Source: a bacterium
GTDB taxonomy: Bacteria; UBA8248
Assembly (NCBI GenBank): GCA_965221165.1
Contig: CBDCRP010000002.1
Location: 1,312,001 to 1,376,000 of the forward strand
Direction: 5' to 3'
Length of the DNA: 64,000 nt
Below are positions 20,160 through 29,610 of this stretch, piece by piece. The number at the start of each line of letters is the position of its first letter. The first letter of the stretch is position 1. The notes below the pieces were generated by a model, which was not told where the DNA came from, ran no database searches, and saw only the letters and a list, made by a program, of their open reading frames with translations. The position numbers were made by a program, and so were the translations under genes.

Positions 20160-21164
20160 TTACATCGCACCCACTTCCTTGTAATAACGGATTGCTCCCG
20201 GGTGCATGGGAACGCCTTTCATGTTCTTCACGGAACCTTTGGGCTCCAGGAAACCGTAAAGTCTATGGGCGCCCTTCAGGTAATTCTTGTTTTCAAAAAC
20301 GGTTTTGGTCACCTTGTAGATCAGGTCGGGCGACTGATCTCCTCTTGTGAAAAGAATCGTTCGAAGACCGTAGGTGTCGAGCGGTTTCTTCTGACCGGGA
20401 TAAGTATTCGCGGCCACATTCGATTCCACCAAGCCGAATTTCTCCAGCCTTTGCCGCATGCCCGGAGTGACTTCAGTGAAATTGATGGAGCGGCGCAGGG
20501 CTGCTTGTTTGATCAACCCGTTTCCGGGACCGGTGTGAAACAAAACAAAATCCACATGCTTATCCTGATAGAAACGCATCATGGCTCGGCCTCCGCCGAG
20601 GCGGACCGTCACGCCGGCTTTTTTCAGCGCATCGGCCGAAGTCCCGTACGCCTTGAAAAGGTAGGTCCCGATGTTGTAGGTTCCCGTCCCTTTCTTCCCG
20701 ATGGTAATCCCGGCCCTGGGCTTCTTTAGTACGAAATCCTCGAACGATTTAATCCCTTTTCCGGCCAACTCCGGCGCCGCCATGAAATGAACGGCGGACG
20801 TGTAGAGCCAGACCATTCCCCTGAGGTTCGGGTGCGCTTTTTTGTACGGCTTTTTCCCTGCGATGGCATTTCCCACGTAGTACGTGTAGCTGTAGGCAAT
20901 GTCGGATTTGCCAACCCCCACCAATTGGGGATTGGACTTTCCCCCACCCAGGGTGACGTTCAGGGAGTAGCCCTTGTTTTTACGATTGAAGACATCCGCA
21001 AGGGCGCCCGCCATGACATAGAGGGTGCTGGCGACAGTGGCCGCCCCCAGTTTGACCGTTTTTTTGGCGGCTTCGGCTTGGGGGGGAGCGACTAACACAA
21101 ACGCCATCAAAGCGGCGTAAACTACGATCAATGCTGAGTGCTGGCGATAAGTCCTTTTGAACAT
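20160..21164 (-). CDS. TAXI family TRAP substrate-binding protein
   Basis: Signal peptide (..AEA), PANTYPGQ-like segment, PMHPGAIRYYKEVG C-terminus. Confidence 0.88.
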   Translation of the reverse strand: MFKRTYRQHSALIVVYAALMAFVLVAPPQAEAAKKTVKLGAATVASTLYVMAGALADVFNRKNKGYSLNVTLGGGKSNPQLVGVGKSDIAYSYTYYVGNAIAGKKPYKKAHPNLRGMVWLYTSAVHFMAAPELAGKGIKSFEDFVLKKPRAGITIGKKGTGTYNIGTYLFKAYGTSADALKKAGVTVRLGGGRAMMRFYQDKHVDFVLFHTGPGNGLIKQAALRRSINFTEVTPGMRQRLEKFGLVESNVAANTYPGQKKPLDTYGLRTILFTRGDQSPDLIYKVTKTVFENKNYLKGAHRLYGFLEPKGSVKNMKGVPMHPGAIRYYKEVGAM

Positions 21165-21242
21165 CGGTTTCCCCTCCCTCATGAGAGCAGGATGATTTAC
21201 ATCCTTGAATGGGACGATTTGAACCGAAGCCTCGAGCCTTAT

Positions 21243-21647
21243 CTAAGCGCTCGGACTCATGGCGGCAATCGCTTTCTCCGTATATTCCTTGAGGTGGTTG
21301 TAGGCTCTCTCGGAAAATCTGCATACCTCGGAGCCGTAGGTGCCGGGCCCCCGCACGTGCGTTGTTCTGAGGCTCTCGAATACGGCCAATTCGGTCAGGG
21401 CCCGCCGGGTATCCTCGTCTATGTTGGCCTCCAGGAAATCATGGTCCGCGTACTCAAAGAGATACCAGGTATGGGCGACGTCATCTTCTTCGGGAATGAT
21501 TCCTTTTGCGTGAAGGGCGGCATTTATCCAATTCGAACAGATGTGCATCCGGCCCCACATCACCGCCTCGAAATCATCCGTGGGGTGAAGTTTTTTCACC
21601 GATTGCGCAAACCGATCGGCTTTGGCCATATGCTCCTCGATTTTCAT
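21243..21647 (-). CDS. Hypothetical helical protein, paralogue of 21670-22077 (possible HEPN-like fold)
   Basis: ATG 21647 with GGAGA RBS; shares HxAKAxR, NAALHxxGI, DxAHT and ExLRxxHxR with its neighbour. Confidence 0.75.
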   Translation of the reverse strand: MKIEEHMAKADRFAQSVKKLHPTDDFEAVMWGRMHICSNWINAALHAKGIIPEEDDVAHTWYLFEYADHDFLEANIDEDTRRALTELAVFESLRTTHVRGPGTYGSEVCRFSERAYNHLKEYTEKAIAAMSPSA

Positions 21648-21669
21648 GGCGTATCTCCAGAATTTCCGG

Positions 21670-22077
21670 TTAAACCACTCTCCAGACCGCAGGCCGTACC
21701 GCATCCCCGACGATTTCCAGAAAACCGGTTTTCGCCTCCTCCAGACTTTGAAGACATTTATCGATGATCGCCCGACTAATCGGCGTATTGTCCCGACAAT
21801 GCTTGGGGCGAAGCTGCTCGATAAATTTCAGAGGTTCCATCGCAGCTTGAAGATTTGCGCTGGGCTTCTCGATGTATCCGTCCAAAGTGGGACGGAAGGT
21901 ATGGGCGTGGTCCATCAACTGGGTAGTGATCCCTTCCACGTGGAGAGCCGCGTTAAAATAGTGCGTGGCGGCAAGCATGCACGTCTCGATGATCATCTCG
22001 GGGTCGTCATCGGGATCTAGTTTTCGAAGAGATGCCTCGATTCTTTGCGCCTTTGCGGCGTGGTCACGAGGTTCCAT
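21670..22077 (-). CDS. Hypothetical helical protein, paralogue of 21243-21647 (possible HEPN-like fold)
   Basis: ATG 22077 with GGAGGAG RBS; same conserved motifs as its neighbour. Confidence 0.75.
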   Translation of the reverse strand: MEPRDHAAKAQRIEASLRKLDPDDDPEMIIETCMLAATHYFNAALHVEGITTQLMDHAHTFRPTLDGYIEKPSANLQAAMEPLKFIEQLRPKHCRDNTPISRAIIDKCLQSLEEAKTGFLEIVGDAVRPAVWRVV

Positions 22078-22184
22078 TATCGATCTCCTCCGCTTTCCCT
22101 GGGCGTTGAAAAACGAAGCCATCAATCCATGACTTAAAACCAGACAGGAAATTTTGCGATTTTATTCCTCCAATCGGGCTAATC

Positions 22185-22362
22185 TCGCCATATGTCCTGA
22201 TAGCCCTCCCACCGCGGCGAGGGAGGATTGCCCCACAACCGTCTCGTGCTGATGTCCCAAGCGAACAACAAAGACGTCAATTGTTATGGCAGTGGTCACC
22301 AAGCCGTTCTGGCCGAACACGGATACCACCACATCCTCGACTCACGCCTGCCGAGAAATCGA
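22185..22362 (-). pseudogene. Probable IclR effector-domain C-terminal remnant
   Basis: Across frameshifts reads DFSAGVS / VVVSVFGQNGLVTTAITIDVFVVRL..ETVVG / ILLAAVER / LSGHMA, resembling an IclR C-terminus. Confidence 0.4.
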
Positions 22363-22594
22363 GCAATCAACTTCCGAGCATCTTCATGTTGTCTGTAAAG
22401 TGTCTCTCGCTCAGGAGGAGTATGTCAACTACTCGAAAAACAACCTCTCGATCACATCAACCGGACTAAATGGCCTCAAATTCCTTTTTAATGAGCGTCT
22501 GTACGGCATATTGTTTGACTTCACTTCGCATCAGACACCATATTAGGGACACTTCGCGAAACCCCAATCTCACCTATGAGTTGGAGGCCTCCCC

Positions 22595-23782
22595 ATGAAC
22601 CCAGTCGATCAAGCGAAAACCACGGACGTCATTGACGCCTCAACCGGAAAAAAGATGAACATCGTCGATTGCGACATACATCCGCGAATGCCGAAAGGGG
22701 TTCAATCTCTTAAGCCATATCTACCCGAAAAATGGCAGGCCCGGCTCGGGATGAAGGGCGCCCTGGTGAAAGACGAAGCCAATCCCCGAAATACGTTTGC
22801 AGTTCCCAGGCGCGCTTTCTTCCATCCTCATCCGGGGGGGTCCGGGCGAGTGGACGCCAGACCGCCCGATGGAGGACCCATCGGCTCCGACATCAAATTT
22901 ATCACAACTCAGCTTATTGACGAGCACGACATCAACTACGCCATTATCGTCGGGCAGGACGCCACGGGCGTCTCGGGAATTCCGGATGCGGACCTAAGCG
23001 CTGCTTACGCCTCCGCCTACAACGATTTTGTTCTCGCCGAATGGGCCTCCACCGACCACCGTCTCAAGGCCTGCATCTGGGTGAGTCCGCGCGATCCGCA
23101 ACTTGCAGCGGAAGAAATCGATCGATTGGCCGATCATCCGGATATCGTTTCGGTCCAGATTTGCCCGATGGATATCCCCCTGGGCAAGCGATACATGTGG
23201 CCGATATACGAAGCGGCTTCGCGTCACAATCTCCCCGTTGCGATCCACGGCGGCGCTGAAACCTCCGGCGTCAATCCACCGATGCTGGCCGTGGGGATGC
23301 CTTCTTATTTCATCGAGTTGCATAGCGGTTTGCCCCAGGTGGGATGGATGAACGTAACGAGCATGGTGTGCGAGGGGGTGTTCGAGCGCTTCCCGAACCT
23401 GAAACTGATTGTTCAGGAAATGGGTTACGCATGGGTAGTAGGTCTCATGTGGCGTCTGGACAAGGAATGGAGGTCCCTGCGGCTGGAGGTCCCCTGGGTC
23501 AAGAAGCCGCCCAGCGAAATTATTCGGGAGCACGTGCGGTTTACGAGCCAGCCCGTGGAGGAACCGCCTAAACCCGAATTCAACGAACAAATGCTGAAAA
23601 TGATTTATGCGGAAGACACGCTTCAGTTTTCATCAGACTACCCGCATTGGGATTTCGACGATCCGCGCTTTGTTTTCCCCAACATCGACCCGGAACTGCG
23701 CAAGAGCATCTTTTACAAAAATGCGCTTGATACTTACCCGAAGATCAAGAAACTCGTGGTGGGGGAAAACGGGAAAACCTGA
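22595..23782 (+). CDS. Amidohydrolase-2 fold protein, likely amidohydrolase-related dinuclear oxygenase (PtmU3/AibH-like)
   Basis: DCDIHP, AIHGG, QEMG, SQPVEEP, SSDYPHWDFD; stop overlaps the start of the Rieske gene. Confidence 0.8.
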   Translation: MNPVDQAKTTDVIDASTGKKMNIVDCDIHPRMPKGVQSLKPYLPEKWQARLGMKGALVKDEANPRNTFAVPRRAFFHPHPGGSGRVDARPPDGGPIGSDIKFITTQLIDEHDINYAIIVGQDATGVSGIPDADLSAAYASAYNDFVLAEWASTDHRLKACIWVSPRDPQLAAEEIDRLADHPDIVSVQICPMDIPLGKRYMWPIYEAASRHNLPVAIHGGAETSGVNPPMLAVGMPSYFIELHSGLPQVGWMNVTSMVCEGVFERFPNLKLIVQEMGYAWVVGLMWRLDKEWRSLRLEVPWVKKPPSEIIREHVRFTSQPVEEPPKPEFNEQMLKMIYAEDTLQFSSDYPHWDFDDPRFVFPNIDPELRKSIFYKNALDTYPKIKKLVVGENGKT

Positions 23783-24192
23783 TGGCAAAACATATCGTAT
23801 CCAAGGTCTCGGACTTGCCTCCCGGCGAAAGAAAAATCGTCGAACTCGAAAATCGCTCCATCGGGGTATTCAACATAAAGGGGAACTATTACGCATTGAG
23901 AAACATATGTCCCCACCAGGGAGCTCCTTTATGCATCGGGCCCGTGCGTGGAACGATGGAGGCAAAAAAACCCCACCAGATTCAGTACGTGAAAGACGGC
24001 GAGATACTCGTCTGTCCCTGGCATTGCTGGGAGTTTGACATCCTCACCGGGCGTTCCGTTTTCAACCCCCACCGCACCCGCGTGAAAGCGTACAAAGTGA
24101 CGGTCGAGCGACCGGACGATATAGAAGAAGACCCCTCGGTGGAAACGTTTCGGGTAACGGTGGAGGATGACCTCGTCGTCTTGCACGTTTAA
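23782..24192 (+). CDS. Rieske [2Fe-2S] ferredoxin
   Basis: CPHQGAPL and CPWHCWEFD Rieske motifs. Confidence 0.92.
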   Translation: MAKHIVSKVSDLPPGERKIVELENRSIGVFNIKGNYYALRNICPHQGAPLCIGPVRGTMEAKKPHQIQYVKDGEILVCPWHCWEFDILTGRSVFNPHRTRVKAYKVTVERPDDIEEDPSVETFRVTVEDDLVVLHV

Positions 24193-24366
24193 GGCAAACC
24201 ATCCTGACAAAGTTCTTGAACCCGATATTCATCGAGAACAATTTGGAATTTAGTCGAATTTGGGGATGGACCGGGGCTCGGTAGACACCGGATGATCGTG
24301 ATTCAAACGTCATATCAAGACCTTAAATGAAGAAAGTCCGTTTTCAATCACAACTGGAGGGAAGAC

Positions 24367-25401
24367 ATGTCGTTAGAACCCGTGCGCGCAGCCTCGATGG
24401 GCCTGGGACGCTGGGCCGACGTGCTCGCCGACGCCGCGCTGCGCGGGGGCAAGGTGAGGCTCGTTTCGTGTTTCAGCCGCACGCCCGGGAAACGGCGCGA
24501 TTTCATGGAGCGCTACGGCGCGCGCGAGGCGGAGAGCTTCGACGCGCTCTTAAACGACGATGAAATAGAGGCCGTCATCCTCACGACGCCGAACCACAAC
24601 CACAAGGAGCACATCGAGGCCCTCGCAGCCGCGGGCAAGCACGTGTATTGCGAAAAGCCCATCGCCCACAGCATGGAGCACGCGAGAGCCATCGTCGATG
24701 CGGCCGAGGGCGCGGGCGTCAAGCTGGCGGTGGGCCACAGCGCGCGCCGCCTGGCCGTATCCAGGCGCATGAAGCAGCTGATCGAGGCGGGCGAGATCGG
24801 ACAAGTCTCGATGAGCGAGAGCAACTTCTGCACCGAGCGGGGGCTGGAACTCACGCCCGAGAGATGGCGAGCGAGCCGTGAACTGAACCCCACGGGCGTC
24901 GTCATCCAGCTATCCATCCACCACGTCGACACGTTCCGCTACCTCCACGGGCCGATAAAAAGCGTCACCGCCAGGCTCAAGCGCGCCTACGCGGCCGAGG
25001 ACGTGGACGACACCTCGATGATGATTCTGGAGCACGAAAGCGGCGCTCTCTCCTACGTGGGCGGCGGCTGGGCGTGTCCCTGGGCGTTTCACATGAACGT
25101 GCACGGCACGAAGGGCGTCGCGCATTTCCGCATCACCGGCCAGCAGTGGCGCGACCCCTCCAAAGCGCCCGAACCCATCCGCCTGCGCGTGGACAGGGAT
25201 CCGCTGGGCGAAGACGTCGTATACGACATGCCCGAGGGCGACATGTTCCGCGACGCTTTGGAGGATTTCGCCGATTGCGTGCGCGAGGATCGCACGCCCG
25301 AAGTGGACGGCCGCGCCGCGCACGAGAACCTCGCCGTCGTCTACGCGGCGGACGCGAGCTCGCGCCTGGGCCGGACGGTGGAGGTGCGGGAGTACATATA
25401 G
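24367..25401 (+). CDS. Gfo/Idh/MocA family oxidoreductase
   Basis: GLGRW, ILTTPN, HVYCEKPIA, IHHVD. Confidence 0.88.
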   Translation: MSLEPVRAASMGLGRWADVLADAALRGGKVRLVSCFSRTPGKRRDFMERYGAREAESFDALLNDDEIEAVILTTPNHNHKEHIEALAAAGKHVYCEKPIAHSMEHARAIVDAAEGAGVKLAVGHSARRLAVSRRMKQLIEAGEIGQVSMSESNFCTERGLELTPERWRASRELNPTGVVIQLSIHHVDTFRYLHGPIKSVTARLKRAYAAEDVDDTSMMILEHESGALSYVGGGWACPWAFHMNVHGTKGVAHFRITGQQWRDPSKAPEPIRLRVDRDPLGEDVVYDMPEGDMFRDALEDFADCVREDRTPEVDGRAAHENLAVVYAADASSRLGRTVEVREYI

Positions 25402-25716
25402 GTCCGAAACGGCCAGGCCCGTCTCACCCGTTTTGTTCCTTCACTTCATCGCTTCCCTGCCCACAACCCCTGCGCGATTTCCGTGAACGCGGAAAGGCGG
25501 CATTCACCGGCCCACCCTGAATTCGGCCAACCCTTTCATTCCCCATACGGAAAAAGAATAGACTTTATCCTATACACTCCGCATCGAGAGTCGCAATTTT
25601 TCCGCCCCCGCCCTTGTGATAAATTGGTGGTGTACCGATTTTTCTTGCAGCCAAAATTTTGAGAACTTTCCGAGGGGAGGTTCCGCGTTCCGGCGCGCCT
25701 ATCGAGGGGGAGCTTC

Positions 25717-26991
25717 ATGAAACGCGCGATCATACCAGAGAATTGCCCGCAGCCTCTGAAAGCGCAGTCGCAGCTTATCGAGACCGAACACTTCATCTTC
25801 CTTTCCGGGCAGCTTCCGACGGACTACGTTACCGGAATTGCGCCGGAAGCCGCGGTCGACCCGGCGCTCCCGTACGCCTCGCCGCCCGGAATGCTCCGCC
25901 AGACGCGCTACATGCTGCAGACCATGGAGAAAGCGCTGGGGAGCGCGGGGGTCGGTTTCGAGGATCTCATACGGATTGAGCAGTTCATCACCGGCCGGGA
26001 ACAGGCGCCCTGGAATTCCTCGGCGCGGCAAAGCTTCATGGCGAAGGCCCATCCAACCAGCACGCGAGTCGTCTCGAAGGCGCTCGAGGTGCCCGGCGCC
26101 ATGATCGCCTGCGACGGAATCGCAATAAACCCCAAGGCGGGATGGGAAAAGGTCACCCACGACCTGGAGGTCGTCCCCAAGGCGGTGACGGGATACCCCG
26201 CGGCGCAGTCGGCGGGGCCGTTCATCTTCATGCCGGGAATGATCGCCACCGACTACGCGACCGGCGTCCACCCGGACGCCCGGGTGAATCCGGCCCTGTG
26301 GCATCAGTCCGCCATCAAGCGGCAGACCGAATACATCGTCCGGACGAAGGAAAAAGTGCTCGGCGAGCTCGGCCTGTCCCTGAAAGACATCATTCAGTCG
26401 ACCGTCTATCTCAAGCACATGGAAGATCTGCCGGCCTTCGACTACCTGTGGCGAAACTTCTTTCCCGAGAACCCGCCCGCCCGGGTGGTCATCCCCTGCG
26501 ACGATCTGGCCATCGGCGGTTCTCGAATCGAGATCAGCTCCATCGCCCTTCGCCCGGATTCCGGCTTTGAACGTAAGACCATCGCGGCCGCAGGCGCGCC
26601 TGCGCCGATTTTTCACGAACCGCACGGGGTGAAAGCGGGGCCCTATTTATTCTTCTCGACGCAGATCGCAGCGGACGAAAGCGGACTGGCCGACGAGGCG
26701 AGCGTGAATCCTGGGCTCCCCTGGTACGCCTCGCCCATCAAGCTCCAGGTCGAATACATGCTCAAAAACGTGGACGCCGTCTGCCGGGCGGCGGGCGGAT
26801 CTCTTTCGGACGTGGTGAGAAGCCAGACCGTGTTCACCGATATGGCCGACCTGCACGGGGCGTTCGAGGTCTGGGGGAGCGCCTTCCCGAAAGATCCGCC
26901 GGTGAACATGAGCGCGGAGACGGCGACCCCCATGCCCGTGCCCGGCTGCCGGGTCCTCGCCTCTTTGATGGCCTACATCCCGGACGAATAG
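25717..26991 (+). CDS. Protein with three tandem RidA/YjgF-like domains
   Basis: Three repeats (FIFLSGQLPTD / FIFMPGMIATD / YLFFSTQIAAD; VDPALPY / VNPALWH / VNPGLPW; QT(V)xYML). Confidence 0.85.
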   Translation: MKRAIIPENCPQPLKAQSQLIETEHFIFLSGQLPTDYVTGIAPEAAVDPALPYASPPGMLRQTRYMLQTMEKALGSAGVGFEDLIRIEQFITGREQAPWNSSARQSFMAKAHPTSTRVVSKALEVPGAMIACDGIAINPKAGWEKVTHDLEVVPKAVTGYPAAQSAGPFIFMPGMIATDYATGVHPDARVNPALWHQSAIKRQTEYIVRTKEKVLGELGLSLKDIIQSTVYLKHMEDLPAFDYLWRNFFPENPPARVVIPCDDLAIGGSRIEISSIALRPDSGFERKTIAAAGAPAPIFHEPHGVKAGPYLFFSTQIAADESGLADEASVNPGLPWYASPIKLQVEYMLKNVDAVCRAAGGSLSDVVRSQTVFTDMADLHGAFEVWGSAFPKDPPVNMSAETATPMPVPGCRVLASLMAYIPDE

Positions 26992-27054
26992 GGAGTCGCA
27001 CAGGCGCCGAGAGAATATCTGGAAGGAACCCCCCGGCAGGAGCAGCGCGCCTTC

Positions 27055-27180
27055 TCACCGGCCGTCACCGCGTTCATTACCTCGTCTTTCATCAGGTTCA
27101 CCGCCTCTCCGAGCAGAAACAGCCGCACCTCGTGGCCCGCCTCCGCGAAGGCGTTCGCGTGAAAAAGGCGAACCCCGGAA
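27055..27180 (-). pseudogene. DsrE-family fragment
   Basis: LFHANAFAEAGHEVRLFLLGEAVNLMKDEVMNAVTAG; both termini missing. Confidence 0.6.
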
Positions 27181-27232
27181 TGCTCGCGCCTGCAAAACCA
27201 TTCCGCCCTCATCCGCTGCACTGCGCTCGGGT

Positions 27233-27430
27233 CTATCTGAACCGCCCATCGTTCAACCGCCGGTAGACATGCGTTCCCTTGAGCGGGGAATCCGCTTTTA
27301 TCAAGTCCCACGGCGTTTTACCGTCTTTGTCTTTTGCCGCCGGGTCGGCCCCGGCCTCCAGCAGGACTGTCACGATTGCAGGGGTTTTGCCCTTCGCCGC
27401 CGCTCCGCGCAGGGGTGTCCATCCGAAATA
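27233..27430 (-). pseudogene. C-terminal remnant of an ankyrin-repeat protein
   Basis: Not in ORF track. Reads GWTPLRGAAAKGKTPAIVTVLLEAGADPAAKDKDGKTPWDLIKADSPLKGTHVYRRLNDGRFR*; in-frame stop at 27458-27460 with no start codon in between. Confidence 0.8.
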
Positions 27431-27497
27431 TATCGGTTCATCCCGAAATTTCCGGGACTATCGCCTGAAAGTTCCTGAAAAGTAAAAAAGAAAAGAC

Positions 27498-27556
27498 TTG
27501 CAAAATTATTCGTAATTTGTTTGTATAAACAATGTATTATTTTCGTAAAACGTATG
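27498..27556 (+). promoter_or_regulatory. AT-rich promoter with candidate LexA operator(s)
   Basis: TTGCAA and TGTATAAA elements; palindrome TTGTTT-GTAT-AAACAA; repeated TTCGTAA-N-G units; lies upstream of rlmD-lexA-dinB. Confidence 0.45.
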
Positions 27557-27569
27557 TCGCGAGGACCCG

Positions 27570-28943
27570 ATGGCCATGAATGCCCTTACCTTCCATCAGA
27601 ACGAGGCCGTGCACGAAGCGCGCGTGGAAAGCATCGCCACGGGCGGGGCAGGCGTCGCGCACCTGAGTGGCCGCGCCGTATTCATTCCCAAAACGGCCCC
27701 CGGAGACACTATCCACTTCCGAATCGTAAAGGACAAGGGGAAGTATCTGCTCGGCGAACTCGCGAAAATCATCCAGGCGGGCCCGGCCCGAACCCCGCCC
27801 CCATGCGCCCACTGGAGCGACTGCGGGGGATGCGCTCTGCAACACATGGGGACCCGAGCCCAGCTAGAGGCCAAGAAACGAATTTTTCTCGACACTCTCG
27901 CGCGCATCGGGAAAATCGAACTGGGCGTTCCCGTACAAACCGTCGCGCTTCCCGGGAACGAGAACCGCTACCGCATGCGCGCGCGATTTCAGATACGAGG
28001 TTCCGAAATCGGCTTTTTCGCCCCGGGAGAGCGGCGTCTCGTCGCGGTCGAAAACTGCCTGCTGGTCGAGTCGCCCATCGTGAACGCCCTCCACCAGATC
28101 AGACATCTGCTCCAGGCGGAGCCCAGGACGAGGAAAGTCGAAGCCGTGGAAATGACCTCCTTAAACTCGGTGGATGAGGCGTCCGTGGGCCTCTACCTTC
28201 ATCCTTTGGGGCATCGCGACAGAGAAAAGCGAAAAATCGACCGCGCAGCCCTCGATGCGTGGCGGAAATTCGCGGGGGAAAACCATTTCCCCCTCGCCGC
28301 CGCCGGTGGACGAGGACCCGGGGAACCGGCTCCATGGTACGCGCAATATCGACCGGACGAGGGGCATCCGGATTTATGCCTAAGCGTATCGCCCGAGTCC
28401 TTCATTCAGCCGAACCGGGCGCTCAACCAGATTCTCGTGAAGAACCTGATCGAAGAATCAGGCTTGAACAGGGAGGCCTGCGTTTTGGACCTCTACAGCG
28501 GAGCGGGGAATTTCTCCTGCTCCCTGGCATCAAGAGCCAAATACGTTCTGGGGGTCGAGGAAAACCCCTACGCCGTCGCCGACGCCAGGCTCAACCGGGA
28601 GAAAAACCGGCTCGACAACGTGGATTTTCTGGTGCAAACCGCTCAAAGGCTCACGGAAGAAGAAGTCGTCTCGAAACTCGGTGGCGAGACGCCCGACCTG
28701 GTCGTGCTCGACCCGCCCAGAAAAGGCGCGCTCGACGCCATACCCTTGATTCTGGGACTAAAGCCGGCGCGGGTCGCCTACGTCTCCTGCAACCCGGCCA
28801 CTTTCGCCCGCGACGCCCGCGAACTCGCGGTGAGCGGCTATCGCGCGCAAGCCGCGCAGGTGTTCGACATGTTCCCCCACACCGCCCATCTGGAAATACT
28901 CACGTCGTGGATTCGGGAGGATGCTCCCGACTCCATCCCATGA
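27570..28943 (+). CDS. rlmD: 23S rRNA (uracil-C5)-methyltransferase, RlmD/TrmA family
   Basis: TRAM domain, CAHWSDCGGCALQH Fe-S motif, SFIQPN, DLYSGAG, LDPPRKG, YVSCNPAT, DMFPHTAHLE. Confidence 0.88.
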   Translation: MAMNALTFHQNEAVHEARVESIATGGAGVAHLSGRAVFIPKTAPGDTIHFRIVKDKGKYLLGELAKIIQAGPARTPPPCAHWSDCGGCALQHMGTRAQLEAKKRIFLDTLARIGKIELGVPVQTVALPGNENRYRMRARFQIRGSEIGFFAPGERRLVAVENCLLVESPIVNALHQIRHLLQAEPRTRKVEAVEMTSLNSVDEASVGLYLHPLGHRDREKRKIDRAALDAWRKFAGENHFPLAAAGGRGPGEPAPWYAQYRPDEGHPDLCLSVSPESFIQPNRALNQILVKNLIEESGLNREACVLDLYSGAGNFSCSLASRAKYVLGVEENPYAVADARLNREKNRLDNVDFLVQTAQRLTEEEVVSKLGGETPDLVVLDPPRKGALDAIPLILGLKPARVAYVSCNPATFARDARELAVSGYRAQAAQVFDMFPHTAHLEILTSWIREDAPDSIP

Positions 28944-28964
28944 TTCGCAAAAGGGAGGTCACGC

Positions 28965-29582
28965 ATGTTCCTCACGCGCAGACAAAGAGAAATTTATGAG
29001 TACATCAAGGAGTTCATCGGGATAAACGGCTATGCGCCGTCCATCGTGGAGATCGGCAAACACTTTCACCTCACCTCGCCCGCCACGGTGCACAAGCACT
29101 TGCAAAACATCGCGGAAAAAGGCCTCATCAAGAGAAGCTGGAACAGAAGCCGGGCCATAGAACTCGTCCCCGGGTCGGACACCATCGGCGCGAGCGCCGA
29201 ACCGGTGCGGGCGGAACTTCCCCTGCGCGGCATGATCGCGGCGGGAATGCCGCTCGAGGCGATAGAGGATACGGAAACCATACCCCTACCCTGGTCGTCG
29301 GGAGACGGCAATCTCTACGTCCTGAAAGTGAAGGGCGATTCGATGATCGAAGACCACATCCAGGACGGGGACTACGTGATCGTGGAGAGCCGGACCAGCG
29401 CGCTGAACGGCGAAACCGTGGTGGCGCTCGTAAACGGAGAGTCCGCCACTCTCAAGCGATTCTACAGAGAGGGCGCGCAAATCCGGCTCCAGCCCGCGAA
29501 CGAGGCAATGGAACCCATTATGGTGCGTGAAGAGGACCTGGGCATTCAGGGCGTCGTCGTGGGTGTGCTCAGAAAGTACTGA
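28965..29582 (+). CDS. lexA: SOS repressor LexA
   Basis: LTRRQREI, GYAPS HTH, AAG cleavage site, GDSMI (Ser), ATLKRF (Lys). Confidence 0.96.
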   Translation: MFLTRRQREIYEYIKEFIGINGYAPSIVEIGKHFHLTSPATVHKHLQNIAEKGLIKRSWNRSRAIELVPGSDTIGASAEPVRAELPLRGMIAAGMPLEAIEDTETIPLPWSSGDGNLYVLKVKGDSMIEDHIQDGDYVIVESRTSALNGETVVALVNGESATLKRFYREGAQIRLQPANEAMEPIMVREEDLGIQGVVVGVLRKY

Positions 29583-29610
29583 CGCCGCGCTTGCGAACAG
29601 AGGGATGCGC

